A stretch of 61,371 nt of DNA, taken from IMG/VR virus record IMGVR_UViG_3300037296_000114, positions 1 through 61,371 of that record. One strand, 5' to 3'. The position numbers were made by a program, and so were the translations under genes. The DNA is from a virus. Lineage: Duplodnaviria; Caudoviricetes. The notes beneath the pieces are model-generated. The model did no database searches. It saw only the letters and a list, made by a program, of their open reading frames with translations, and had not been told where the DNA came from. Of this stretch, positions 1 to 9,892 are shown piece by piece (positions within the stretch are counted from its first letter, which is position 1; every line of letters starts with the position of its first letter).

Positions 1-127
1 TTGTGTTTTGGTCTGGGAAATTCCCACGCCCTTGTGTTGTTACAAACACCCATCCACCATTACGCGGCGTTGTGACTGTCCCAACAGCGTCATCAGCTAT
101 AGTCAGGTCAATTGATTTTATTGAGTT
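1..127. repeat. 127-bp exact repeat of 57492-57618 (shared tail-fibre segment; probable assembly overlap)
   Basis: Direct comparison: identical for 127 nt, then the copies diverge (tcc vs gcc). Confidence 0.95.
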
Positions 128-943
128 TCCCAACCCATACAAAGACTGCGCTACGGTTTCAGTAATGGCGGTTTTCCATTCGCTGAAATTGACGCCATCC
201 GCAGAGGATCTAAACACCATTTTGCCACTAAGAGAACGCTCAATCGCAATCTGACCGATCAGCGCACCGAAGCGGGTAAAGTTAACACCCGCACCAAGCG
301 AGAAAGGTGTATTTACATGCGTTGCGGCAAACTGGAAAAATCCGGTGGATTCGAAGTCATCCATATCATTGTTTGGCGGGCTTGGCGGGCTACCAGATCC
401 AAGACCTCCATACCCGACTTTCATCAGGCGATCAGCCGTCATGTCCAAATCACTTTGAGTAACCGCAGTGCCCGTAATAGGCACATCGACCTGAAACGCG
501 ATGTTGCTCAACAGCCAACGGCGCACGCCACCCGTGGATGCCGCCATTTGGTTGGACGCGGGGCGGTAAAGCCCTGTGTCGGGGTCAGACACAAACGACA
601 TTGACGGAAGCGAAGCTGTACCATTGAGGAACTTGCCTGCTCCCGCTCCATCAACAACGGATTGAAAGTTGCTGATTAGGTTCTGGATTGACGTGACCAG
701 ATCAAACTCCAGGCTGTTAGTGGGGAAGATCGCATACGACTGACCGGCTGCGGTTGACCCCTGATATGTCGTCTTTAGCGTCAGGGATGATGCGCTGATT
801 ACTGTCTCAATCTCATAGACACGGCCATCGGGACCGACCATGCCCCATCCCGTCTGGAGCGCACCAAACCACGACGAACCAGCGCCCGATACCGCAGTGC
901 TGCCGTTTGTGAATGATGCCGTTCCTACTGAATACCAAGCCAT
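1..943 (-). CDS. Tail fibre protein A (3' end runs off the window; absent from the ORF track)
   Basis: ATG at 943 gives MAWYSVGTASFTNGSTAVSGAGSSWFG..., open to base 1; clearly paralogous to 57274..58434. Confidence 0.85.
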   Translation of the reverse strand, partial: MAWYSVGTASFTNGSTAVSGAGSSWFGALQTGWGMVGPDGRVYEIETVISASSLTLKTTYQGSTAAGQSYAIFPTNSLEFDLVTSIQNLISNFQSVVDGAGAGKFLNGTASLPSMSFVSDPDTGLYRPASNQMAASTGGVRRWLLSNIAFQVDVPITGTAVTQSDLDMTADRLMKVGYGGLGSGSPPSPPNNDMDDFESTGFFQFAATHVNTPFSLGAGVNFTRFGALIGQIAIERSLSGKMVFRSSADGVNFSEWKTAITETVAQSLYGLGNSIKSIDLTIADDAVGTVTTPRNGGWVFVTTQGRGNFPDQNT

Positions 944-944
944 T

Positions 945-1937
945 TTATGTCCTACCTGTGATGCCGCGTGACGTCGGCTTTTGGAGTTTTACGGGGGGCA
1001 TGTTGCTTGTCAGCTTGTCGACCTTGGCTGACAACTCTTGAACAGCGCCCATTGTGACGCCGATAGCGTCAACGACGGGGATAGACTTACCGTCGCCCTT
1101 ACCTGTGGCTTTCTGGAAGTCTTCTGCGTAGGCGCCGATATGTTCGCCGCCGTCGCCCGCGCCGTCTTTGTACTTCCACTGCTCAACCGGCATGCTTTTC
1201 AGCGCCTCAAGGACGCCGCGTGCAGGCTTCTTGTTCTCCTTCACGTCCTTTGATGAAGGCATCATCATGGATAGGCCAAGGCCCGCGATACTGCCAAGCC
1301 CGCCGAATAGGCTGCTGCTGGCGGCTTGGTTGGCGTTGTATGATGCCATTTCCTGCTGATACTGCGTGTTGAGCATGTTGCCCATTTGCTGCTGGCCCTG
1401 CATGGCGCCACTGAAACCGCTGCTTCCTGACGAGTTTGCGAGGCCAAGCGAAGTTGCGGGATTAACCGCGAACCCAGACCCAAGATTTACCGCGTTCGCG
1501 CGCAAGGATCTGCCTTCGCTTTCAACCTGCTTACGCGCAGAGTTTGCCGCGCCCGCCAGTGCGAGGCTTTGCCCCACGCCTGCTGCTGCTTGCCCCGCCT
1601 GCGCACGACCGCTGCTTGGATCAATGCCCATGCGTGCGTTATTGCGGGCTGTGGTGGCGTTCGTTGTGCTTATTGCCTGCGATACGTCAGCCTGCGCTGC
1701 GCGCACCGCTTCCGCTCTAGCCGCAGGCGTATCGTAGTTTTGCGCCTCTTCTATGAAATTATCTTGAAGCGGCTCGAACACGCCTTTGTAGCGCGCGCGG
1801 TCTTTTTCCGCCCAATTATTTGAGATTTTCGCTTGATCCTGCATCCATGCCAGATAATCGCCGCCAAGTTCAGCACTTTTCAGCGCCGCCTCGCCAATGC
1901 GGGGGTCTGCTTCAGGTGCGCTGCTGCCCTTGCCCAT
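945..1937 (-). CDS. Virion/ejection protein with C-terminal peptidase S74-like (intramolecular chaperone) domain
   Basis: Begins MGKGSSAPEADP, Ala/Gly/Gln-rich body; C-terminus SSKDVKEN...LKSMPVEQWKYK...HIGAYAED...GAVQEL fits the S74 pattern; SD AAGGA upstream. Confidence 0.7.
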   Translation of the reverse strand: MGKGSSAPEADPRIGEAALKSAELGGDYLAWMQDQAKISNNWAEKDRARYKGVFEPLQDNFIEEAQNYDTPAARAEAVRAAQADVSQAISTTNATTARNNARMGIDPSSGRAQAGQAAAGVGQSLALAGAANSARKQVESEGRSLRANAVNLGSGFAVNPATSLGLANSSGSSGFSGAMQGQQQMGNMLNTQYQQEMASYNANQAASSSLFGGLGSIAGLGLSMMMPSSKDVKENKKPARGVLEALKSMPVEQWKYKDGAGDGGEHIGAYAEDFQKATGKGDGKSIPVVDAIGVTMGAVQELSAKVDKLTSNMPPVKLQKPTSRGITGRT

Positions 1938-2433
1938 CGCCATGTTCCTTACGTCGCTGGTGTTGCAACGCAGCATCATGCGCGTCCGTTTCTTCTGTTT
2001 CGTTATCGTGGTCGATGAATTTGCAATCGCTCCGCATGAGGCCAAACATGTTCATGTCGACCTGACCGTCAGCGCCGCGCTTGACGCCCTCGAACCGAAA
2101 CCCGAGTTTGAGTACCATGATCTGTGTCGGGATATTATCTACGGCTATCTGCGTCTGAACCCGAGCAAGACCCAACTCTACAAACGGATAATGGAAGAAC
2201 CCGCGCAGCGTTGACCTTGTGGCCCACCTGCGCGTCTTGGCGCTGGCAATGTGCATAAAGCACGCATTGTCGTAGAAGGCGTTGTAGATCACAACCGCAT
2301 GGATTGTCCCATCATCATCAACGGATGCCAGCGGGACACTTTCGGACGGCCATATCCTTTTCAGGCCAAGGCGCGATGCGGCCCAACCCAGAAGTAGGTA
2401 CGGTTCTTGTGACGTGATGCGCGCGGTCATCAT
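1912..2433 (-). CDS. GNAT (RimJ/RimL-like) acetyltransferase of the podovirus tail module
   Basis: FHYPFVELGLARVQTQIAVDN...KLGFRFEGVKR motif; typical position before ejection proteins. Confidence 0.8.
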   Translation of the reverse strand: MMTARITSQEPYLLLGWAASRLGLKRIWPSESVPLASVDDDGTIHAVVIYNAFYDNACFMHIASAKTRRWATRSTLRGFFHYPFVELGLARVQTQIAVDNIPTQIMVLKLGFRFEGVKRGADGQVDMNMFGLMRSDCKFIDHDNETEETDAHDAALQHQRRKEHGDGQGQQRT

Positions 2434-2498
2434 TACCCCATATGTTGTGTGCAGCATGCCATATATAACGCCAATGCGCTAGATGCTGTGTGCTGCGG

Positions 2499-5400
2499 TT
2501 AGGTGATCTTGTATATTCTTAGCCGCAAGCTGCCCGAGAATTGCTTTGTGACCCCGCGCGACCAGTATTCGATGCGCACGCGCAGGGATTGGTCACCGGT
2601 CCATCTGGTCAAAGGCAATATTTCCGCCTTCCATCCCCAATAGGTATCTGGGCTGGTGTTCGACTGCACGCCGCCGTTGACATGCTCTACAATCGCCTCA
2701 TAAACATCGTCTGCTCCGCCCCATGCGGTGATGGAGATAGGCGTTGACATGACGTAGATTGTGTAGCCGTGCGCAATATACTCATCGTCACGCACAGTCG
2801 TGGTCCTAGTTGTAAATCCTGTATTCGCGTCACCTACGAGTATGCTGCTCAAGCCTGTAGCGGATGGGACAAATTCAGGGAATGTTATAAGCTGTTCAGA
2901 GATTTGAAGCCTGCGACGTATGATTACGTCTTCAAACTCGGCCGTTCCGTCAGCCAAAATCCTCCATCCCTTTTGCCCTACAGTGAACCCGTCAGAGCGC
3001 AACTCGCCGCCGAACAGCGCAAGTCCGCTTGCTGTGAACGCCTCCGTGCTGACCATTACGGCGGCAAGATCCACAACATCAATCTTCTCGGCTGTAACGG
3101 ATCGCGTCACAAGGCCGTCTCCGGTCAGTAAGCTGGTGTTGCCCGTGCCGTAAGGGGATAGCCGCGCCTCGGCCACGGTCTCTGCGAAAAACGGCTGGAA
3201 AATATGCAGCTTTGCTTGCGCTGCCGTTGCGTCGTCAATGTATACGACGGGCCGCGCGAAGGCTGCATTTTCTGGCGATTCCACAAGGCCGCCATACTTC
3301 TCCCATTTTTGCGGATTAGCCGAATTGCCTTGCGGCACAGAGATATTACCCGCGATGATGCTCTCGGCTATCAGTGCGCCTGCCGCGTTGTAAAACTCTA
3401 CGCCTAGTCTGGCATTGCAGTTATCCGCAGACAGCTTGACCGAAAATTCAAACCACTTGCTATCTTCAATCGGGTATCCAGCCGTAGCTGTACCATCTGT
3501 ATCAAATAGGGTGAATTTGGCCCCGATGTATGCGTTTGAACGCACTACATTAGTGGTAGATGCTATGGTTAATGTCCGGTAATTGAACCCAGCCATATAA
3601 TCGCCTGGCTCATTGAGTTCCAAGCGGCCCGCGATGTTACCGGGTCTGTAGGTGACATTGAGTATGCCTTGGCTAAAGTCGCTGTTTTGCAGCATTTGCG
3701 CTGCATTACCGACCGCCAAGAGGTTTGCGTTGAGCGTGCCCTTAGCAAAAATGTAATCAGCGTCGAGCGTAATTGCAGATCCCGCCCCGCTGGCATTATC
3801 ATAGGCCACAACCTCAAGAGCGCCTGATGCCTCGCCAGCTACAGCGCGCAGCACAAATGCGGATGCAGCGTTTCCCTTTATATCCGCCATGACGCTGCCG
3901 AAGTTCTCAATCCCCGCAATCGTGCCGTTTGCCGCTACGCTCAACTCTGAAAGCATGGTTCCAAACGCGGTTCCGTTCAGGGCGCTCAAGTCCAGCCCCT
4001 TAACGTCTTGGATTTGGCCGTCCAGTTCGGATATTTCAGGCAGTTCGTCGGACTCTGCTGCGATCTGGACAAGGACGCGGGCGACTTCCGTGCTTTTATT
4101 GCCGCCGTTCAGGCCGCCAAAAATGCCGATATAGGAAGCGTCTGACGCAGCCCCAACCGGCACGTCGTAGAAGAAATTGAACCACCGCCATTGAGTGTCG
4201 AATGTACCTTGCGCGGACAATAGGCCAGAATTTCCGGTTGATCCGGCAGAGAACGCGATACCAAAGTTTGCAGCGGCCCCCGTTGAGGGCTTCCTTGCCA
4301 GCACAGACACCTTAACCCTGCGCGCAGCAAACTTCATGACCCATGGCGATTGCAGTTCAAGCACGGCACCGGCGCCAGTCGTTCCTGTGAATGAGGAAGG
4401 GGCTGATACCTCTCGCACACGGATCACTCCCGCTTGCCCAAGCGTGCTTTCGGCCACAAGAGTTGCGCGAGGCCCAGCGTGCAAGTCTTCAAGGCTATCC
4501 AGCGTGAACGAATACCCGGGCACGTCTCCCCTCAAAGCGGTGATCGAGGCGTTCAGAACCTCGCTTGAGGCCGTAATCGCGTTATTTGTCGCAACCTTCG
4601 TGAGGTAATCTGTATCAAGCGTCGCGGTGATTGAGGCGATTGCCTCGCTCTTGGCGTCTTCGATAGGCCCCTCTGGTCCGGTGAGGGCAGCGGCCAGCGA
4701 GGTGTTCGCAGACGATATGGCAGAGTTCGTTTGAACAGTCGTGAGGTAGTCAGCGTCCAGCGTTGCCGTAATTTCGCTTACCGCTCCATCCTTTGTCCCC
4801 TGAATAGGTCCGTCTGGTCCAGTCAGTGCAGCCGATAGGGCTGTACTGGCGGCTACTATCGCGCTTTCAGTGTCGGTTTTCGTGAAGTAGTCATTTGTCA
4901 GTGTTGCGGACAGATCGCCTATCGGTCCTTCTTCAATTTCAGCTTTCAAAGCCGTTCTGGCTGCTGCGATTGCTTCGTTGGTGCTGGTCTTGGTGAGATA
5001 GTTCAGTTGCAAGTTCGCTTGGACGCCACCTATGGAAGCGCCTAGATTTGTAATCTCTTCGGCCACCGCCTCTGCCTCTGTGGCGTAAACTCGTTGCTGC
5101 TGCTCAAGAGACGCAATGTTTCCACCTAGTGCAACACCCATAGACGTCACCGCCTCGGCCAGCGCGCTTCCATCTTCCTCCACTTTTGCCCGTAGATCGT
5201 TGGTGATGTATGCAAATTGCTGGCTGATACTGCTGCGCGCCTCATAGGCGTCCAGAACGTCACGCAGGTTCACTGACTGCAAGTCGCCCATAGACGCCCT
5301 AAGAGACGTTCCTGATGCCGCGATAGCCTCTTCTGTTGTGGCTTTCGTCAGGTAGTTATTTGATAGGTCGGCCCCAATTTCATTGGCGACCTCGGCGGCT

Positions 5401-6872
5401 AAAAGCAGCCCAGCAGAAGCGATTGCTTCGCCTGTTTGGGCACTTGTTAGGTAGTTTTGTGTAAGGCTTGCAGACACGCCGTTAATCTCTGCCTGTAGGC
5501 CGGTTATCTGCTCTGCTGATGCCGCCGCTTCACTGGCTGTAACAACTTGCTGCTGCTCAAGTAACGCAATGCTGCTACCGGTCTTTACGCCAAGCGAAGT
5601 GATCGCCTCGGCTAGAGCCGATCCGTCGTCCTCTACCTTTGCGCGCAAGTCATTCGTAACGTAAGCTATCTGTTCGGCTAGGCTCTCTCTGCCCTCATAT
5701 GCATCCATTAGGGCTTTCAGGTTCGTGGCACCTGAAATTGACGCAGCATCGTATAGATTGCGCACGTCCTGAACGGACTGGCTTATGCTTGCGCCGTCGA
5801 TGGTCTCTAGCGTGATTTCCGCCTGCGTCGTCCGCGTCTCAAGCGCGTCAAACTCGGTCTTGGTTGCCAGTAAATCAATGGCCCCTTGCAACCCGTCGAT
5901 GGTTGTTGACGCCTCGGATAGATCAATTACGAGACCGTCGACAATGGTTTGATCCGCCTTCGAGGTTATAGTGCTGGAAAGTGCATCTAGGTCAACTTCT
6001 ACATTGCTGATTTGCAGCGATAGATCATCGAGTAGCGGTATCTGGCTCGGGTCTAGGATCGCGTTGGAAATAGCTGCATTTACATAGGCAGTCGTGGCAC
6101 GAAGATTGATATTAGCCTCAACCGCATTGACCCTGATTTCAGTCTCGCTGATCCTCTCTTCTGTCGCGTCAATGGCGGAAATGCGTACAGTTCCATCCTC
6201 GGGGCTGACATAGATACCGGCATCGCGGAATGTACTGTCAACCTCGCTGATTTTGGTCAGAAGCCAAGCCACGCGCTGCGATATAGTGCTGATCGACTGC
6301 CCTATATCAACGCGCTCAATGTCCCGCAGTGCAAGTTGATCATTAAAATCATCCAGCCTTTGCACCTGATCTGCAAAGTCTTCGTTCAGCCCTGTTAAAG
6401 CGTTCGTGTAGGACGTGGTGAGGTCGTCAAGCCCAATGGATAGATCATTCACGTCTCCAAAAAGCACAGTTAGTTCGCTGTCTACTCCATCCAGTATCGC
6501 ATCAACGCTCGAAAACTCGTCAGCAAGTTTTCCTACGAATCCATCTGTGAGGGCTTCTAGGTCACTTCGCACATTTGCGGCCGCCAGCGCCGCTGCTGCC
6601 GCCTCCTGCCCCAGTGCATCTGCGTTCGCGATTGCCTGGGCGATCCGATAACGCAGCGTGCCCGGTTCTGCGTCAGTGCCTATTTCATCGGTGAGACGGA
6701 TATTTTCGTCCGTCGCCTTTCGTGCCAGCTTGAGGGAGATACCCAAGCCCGCATTTACGCCTTGCAGATCATCGAAACGGACAGCGTGCTTGCCTTTCGG
6801 TCCCCGAAAGCCCGCAAGTGTTTCAAGCCCTTCCTTTAGGCGGTTTGTCAGCCCTGATAGCCCGTTTTTCAT
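2499..6872 (-). CDS. Large tail fibre/spike protein A (coiled-coil stalk, carbohydrate-binding-like and J/DUF1983-like regions)
   Basis: 1457 aa starting MKNGLSG; overlaps the stop of the tail tube gene; repeated LxxNYLTKxxTxxAI units; beta-rich C-terminus. Confidence 0.75.
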   Translation of the reverse strand: MKNGLSGLTNRLKEGLETLAGFRGPKGKHAVRFDDLQGVNAGLGISLKLARKATDENIRLTDEIGTDAEPGTLRYRIAQAIANADALGQEAAAAALAAANVRSDLEALTDGFVGKLADEFSSVDAILDGVDSELTVLFGDVNDLSIGLDDLTTSYTNALTGLNEDFADQVQRLDDFNDQLALRDIERVDIGQSISTISQRVAWLLTKISEVDSTFRDAGIYVSPEDGTVRISAIDATEERISETEIRVNAVEANINLRATTAYVNAAISNAILDPSQIPLLDDLSLQISNVEVDLDALSSTITSKADQTIVDGLVIDLSEASTTIDGLQGAIDLLATKTEFDALETRTTQAEITLETIDGASISQSVQDVRNLYDAASISGATNLKALMDAYEGRESLAEQIAYVTNDLRAKVEDDGSALAEAITSLGVKTGSSIALLEQQQVVTASEAAASAEQITGLQAEINGVSASLTQNYLTSAQTGEAIASAGLLLAAEVANEIGADLSNNYLTKATTEEAIAASGTSLRASMGDLQSVNLRDVLDAYEARSSISQQFAYITNDLRAKVEEDGSALAEAVTSMGVALGGNIASLEQQQRVYATEAEAVAEEITNLGASIGGVQANLQLNYLTKTSTNEAIAAARTALKAEIEEGPIGDLSATLTNDYFTKTDTESAIVAASTALSAALTGPDGPIQGTKDGAVSEITATLDADYLTTVQTNSAISSANTSLAAALTGPEGPIEDAKSEAIASITATLDTDYLTKVATNNAITASSEVLNASITALRGDVPGYSFTLDSLEDLHAGPRATLVAESTLGQAGVIRVREVSAPSSFTGTTGAGAVLELQSPWVMKFAARRVKVSVLARKPSTGAAANFGIAFSAGSTGNSGLLSAQGTFDTQWRWFNFFYDVPVGAASDASYIGIFGGLNGGNKSTEVARVLVQIAAESDELPEISELDGQIQDVKGLDLSALNGTAFGTMLSELSVAANGTIAGIENFGSVMADIKGNAASAFVLRAVAGEASGALEVVAYDNASGAGSAITLDADYIFAKGTLNANLLAVGNAAQMLQNSDFSQGILNVTYRPGNIAGRLELNEPGDYMAGFNYRTLTIASTTNVVRSNAYIGAKFTLFDTDGTATAGYPIEDSKWFEFSVKLSADNCNARLGVEFYNAAGALIAESIIAGNISVPQGNSANPQKWEKYGGLVESPENAAFARPVVYIDDATAAQAKLHIFQPFFAETVAEARLSPYGTGNTSLLTGDGLVTRSVTAEKIDVVDLAAVMVSTEAFTASGLALFGGELRSDGFTVGQKGWRILADGTAEFEDVIIRRRLQISEQLITFPEFVPSATGLSSILVGDANTGFTTRTTTVRDDEYIAHGYTIYVMSTPISITAWGGADDVYEAIVEHVNGGVQSNTSPDTYWGWKAEILPLTRWTGDQSLRVRIEYWSRGVTKQFSGSLRLRIYKIT

Positions 6873-8446
6873 GGCCGTCTGCTCAATTCTGCAAGCGAGG
6901 TTGCGAAGGTGATCGAGGAAATGGACGCGGAACCGGACACATGCACCTCCCAATGCTGCGCGCTCACGTCGGGCAGCCGCACTACCTGATTGAGTGATGT
7001 GACCGTGTGGACGCTCACACCGTCAGCAATAAACACGGCTTGGAAGTTGTCGGCGCCGGTCAGGTTGTCACCCTCGATCAATGCCCCTGAAAACGAGACA
7101 GGATAAGGCAGATCATACAGTTTGGTTTTCCACTCCTGCGCGCGATAGGTTTCAGACGCCGTGTCGTCAAAGACATGCAGTCGATTGTCGGCCTCCTGCA
7201 TGTAGAGGCGGCCAGTGCGAATGTCGTGGTAGCCGCACTTCATGACGGCATCGGTGCGCATGAAGAAAGGCTGGGCCCCAGTCAGGTCGATGATCCCCGT
7301 CTTTTCCTCTGCACCGGCCAGTGTGCCAGCAAATGCGAAGACGTAGCGCCCGCCCACTTGGCTTGCGACCATCGTTTCAGGCTGCATGCGTGCCCAAGCA
7401 CGTCGGTTGAACAGTTGCCTCGTGACTAGGCTGGTGCTGGTGCCCGATACCAGCACAAGACCTTCCGTCGATGGATATGCCGCAGCGTATCCAAGATCCA
7501 CGATTCCGCGCGCGGAGACGCAAGGCAGGTTCTCTTCAACGCGCTCAAGCTGGAACGTGTCAGGCTCGGACCCTTGGCCGCGATAGGGCTGACCCTTTGT
7601 CATGACCGCCAGTTGCGAGCCAAACGCGGCGAGGCCCACAATATCGTAGTCGACGGTCAGGGAGTAGGACACTGGCCATGCGTGCGGCTGGTATGGCTCA
7701 CAGAACCATATGTCGCGCGCTGTGTGTCCCACCATCATGCCGTTGGGCATGCTGATGATGCCGCGCAAGTCGTCAGGCGGGGGCGTGAAGTTCGTGGTGC
7801 TGATCGGTTCCGCGATAGGGTATGTCTCCTGATCGTGGTCGAATGTCGCCGCAGGTGTGATTTCAGCAACGAAGTACAGATCGGTCACGGATAAGTCAGA
7901 CGTCACGGAGCGATATATGCGGATTGCGGAAATGCCTCGGTTAAGAGGTGGCGTCTCCATCCCAGCCACGCGCACGGTAACACCCTCCGACGTGGATAGA
8001 GCCTCGGACACTGGCGACGGGGCGCTCTCCTCCCCAAACTCTGTGACAAAGGTGTAGGCGAACACTACCGTTTCCAGATTGTCTACGTCTGGTGTCGATG
8101 TTGTTGCGGTAGTGGGCGCTGTCGCCGGTGCGTTCAACGCAAGCGGATAGTACAGATCGTTGGTATACATCTTCGGCACGCCGTCACCGGTGATGTAGAG
8201 GCGGTCTGACGCGACGGGACCGGGCACGACATGAACATGATCGGCCCATGCCAGCCAAGTCGACCCGTTCAGATAAACGGTCTTTCGTGGCGTCGTCAGG
8301 TCTGTGGTGAATGTCGATCCCGATAGAGGCGTTATAGCCCCATCATCAAGCCGTGTGTTGACCGCCAGTTGCGCGGCGTTTGGCGGCAACATACGCGGGT
8401 GTTTCACTGGAAACTCGCCCATGAAGTCTGTGATGCTGATGATCAT
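6869..8446 (-). CDS. Tail tubular/nozzle (stabilisation) protein
   Basis: 525 aa, beta-propeller-like; YTFVTEFGEESAPSP and CEPYQPHAWP motifs as in Bcep22-like podoviruses. Confidence 0.7.
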   Translation of the reverse strand: MIISITDFMGEFPVKHPRMLPPNAAQLAVNTRLDDGAITPLSGSTFTTDLTTPRKTVYLNGSTWLAWADHVHVVPGPVASDRLYITGDGVPKMYTNDLYYPLALNAPATAPTTATTSTPDVDNLETVVFAYTFVTEFGEESAPSPVSEALSTSEGVTVRVAGMETPPLNRGISAIRIYRSVTSDLSVTDLYFVAEITPAATFDHDQETYPIAEPISTTNFTPPPDDLRGIISMPNGMMVGHTARDIWFCEPYQPHAWPVSYSLTVDYDIVGLAAFGSQLAVMTKGQPYRGQGSEPDTFQLERVEENLPCVSARGIVDLGYAAAYPSTEGLVLVSGTSTSLVTRQLFNRRAWARMQPETMVASQVGGRYVFAFAGTLAGAEEKTGIIDLTGAQPFFMRTDAVMKCGYHDIRTGRLYMQEADNRLHVFDDTASETYRAQEWKTKLYDLPYPVSFSGALIEGDNLTGADNFQAVFIADGVSVHTVTSLNQVVRLPDVSAQHWEVHVSGSASISSITFATSLAELSRRP

Positions 8447-8455
8447 TGCGGCCCC

Positions 8456-9133
8456 TCATATAAATTCTGGTCTGCTGCGACGGGGCGCGCGCTGCTGGCC
8501 GCGAAGTTCCGATGAAAAGTGCCGGTCGCAGGCTTCGTTGAAACGGCCGGCATAGTATCCGGCCATCTTGGGGTCGTGCCACTTGGTGTCCTTGATCGCC
8601 AAGAGCCGCGCCAGCGCGCCTTCTGCAATCTTCTCCGCAGACTGGATGAAGACGTGTTCAGGGATCACGTTGTATTTGTCCTGCAATGGGTCCGCAGGAT
8701 CGTTGCCGTACTCTGTGCCCGCCCGTGGTTTCAGGAATAGGGATAGAGACAGGCTGCCGACCATGAAGGGCAGCACAGTCACGGAGTTTGGCGATACCTG
8801 CGTAATATATCGAGGCGCGTTGCCCTCCATTGCCTCGGCGTCTGACAGCGATATTTGCGTGAATTGTGTTGCCACAAGTTCAGTGCTAGATACGGTTTCG
8901 CTTGAAAACTCTGCGCTCTCAATCTCGAATATGGTGGCGTAGTCGGGGGAGACGATTGCCTCCCCCTGCTCTGTCAGGTCCATTGTTGAGACGTGACGCC
9001 AGCAACGTGTGCGCTCGCACCACTCGATTGCAGCCAGACGCAGGTACTGCTCGGCCACGGGGCGCGGGCAGTATTGCGCATGCGGCAACACAAGCGGCAG
9101 GAAGTCACGCAGGGGGCGGGTTGGCACCTCCAT
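8456..9133 (-). CDS. Head-tail adaptor protein
   Basis: LRLAAIEWCERTRCWR...IAEGALARL motif; position in structural operon. Confidence 0.65.
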   Translation of the reverse strand: MEVPTRPLRDFLPLVLPHAQYCPRPVAEQYLRLAAIEWCERTRCWRHVSTMDLTEQGEAIVSPDYATIFEIESAEFSSETVSSTELVATQFTQISLSDAEAMEGNAPRYITQVSPNSVTVLPFMVGSLSLSLFLKPRAGTEYGNDPADPLQDKYNVIPEHVFIQSAEKIAEGALARLLAIKDTKWHDPKMAGYYAGRFNEACDRHFSSELRGQQRAPRRSRPEFI

Positions 9134-9846
9134 TAGCCACGGTTCCGCGTATCATCGCCCGTTGAGTTTGTTGTCATGACCTGTTCGGTCTGCACCTTGA
9201 GGCCGATTGCATTGGCAAACATCTGGTAGTGCGCTTGCGCGCGGCTGGCGTTATTCGGGTCCGCCGCGTCCTTGGAGTAGGCGCGGTACATGACGTAATC
9301 CACCAGCGCGCCCCGCAGGACGTCAGGCAGCGTCAGTTCAGCCGTGTAGCTGTCAACGCTCAATGGGTTGGTAGGCTCTGCAATCTCGGTCGGCAGGATC
9401 GACACAACGGCCTCTACAATGCCAGTACCGTCATTGCCGGGCACGACGTAGAAGCTGCGGGGGTCTGCCATATCCTGAATGACATGCTCCACGGTCGCGG
9501 AGAAAGGCAGCACCGTGGCGTCCTGCCAACCGGCCATGATGCTGTCCAGCGTAGTGCGGCTGACTGCTGTGATGGCTGTCCCGCCCTTGCGCCCGCCCTC
9601 GTCCTCGTCAACGGAGGTGAGGTTGCGAGACATGCGAATGAGCGAGATATGATTGCCCTCTAGGCGTTGAAGTGTGCCTTCCTGTAGGGACAGCTCAATC
9701 GTGTCGGTGACAGCGTTTGGCTTGTGCAGGGCAATCGCCTGCATTGCGTCGTTGAGGTAGATCAGCAACTCGGGCACCGGCCAGCGAACAAAGCCGCTAT
9801 CCTGCAAGGTGATCGAGGCGCGGCGTAGGATTTCTTTGGCCTGCAT
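9133..9846 (-). CDS. Adaptor/virion protein (DUF6682-like)
   Basis: VRWPVPELLIYLNDA...LVDYVMYRAYSKDA motif; AAGGAG SD. Confidence 0.7.
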   Translation of the reverse strand: MQAKEILRRASITLQDSGFVRWPVPELLIYLNDAMQAIALHKPNAVTDTIELSLQEGTLQRLEGNHISLIRMSRNLTSVDEDEGGRKGGTAITAVSRTTLDSIMAGWQDATVLPFSATVEHVIQDMADPRSFYVVPGNDGTGIVEAVVSILPTEIAEPTNPLSVDSYTAELTLPDVLRGALVDYVMYRAYSKDAADPNNASRAQAHYQMFANAIGLKVQTEQVMTTNSTGDDTRNRG

Positions 9847-9892
9847 GGTGCAGCACTCCTTTTAAGACGTGGTAGCGGTGATTGGTGGGGGC

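Noticed and set aside
2476-2490. Fourth copy of the late promoter motif (GCGCTAGATGCTG)
   Set aside because: Degenerate, in the wrong orientation for the downstream gene, and lacking the second box.
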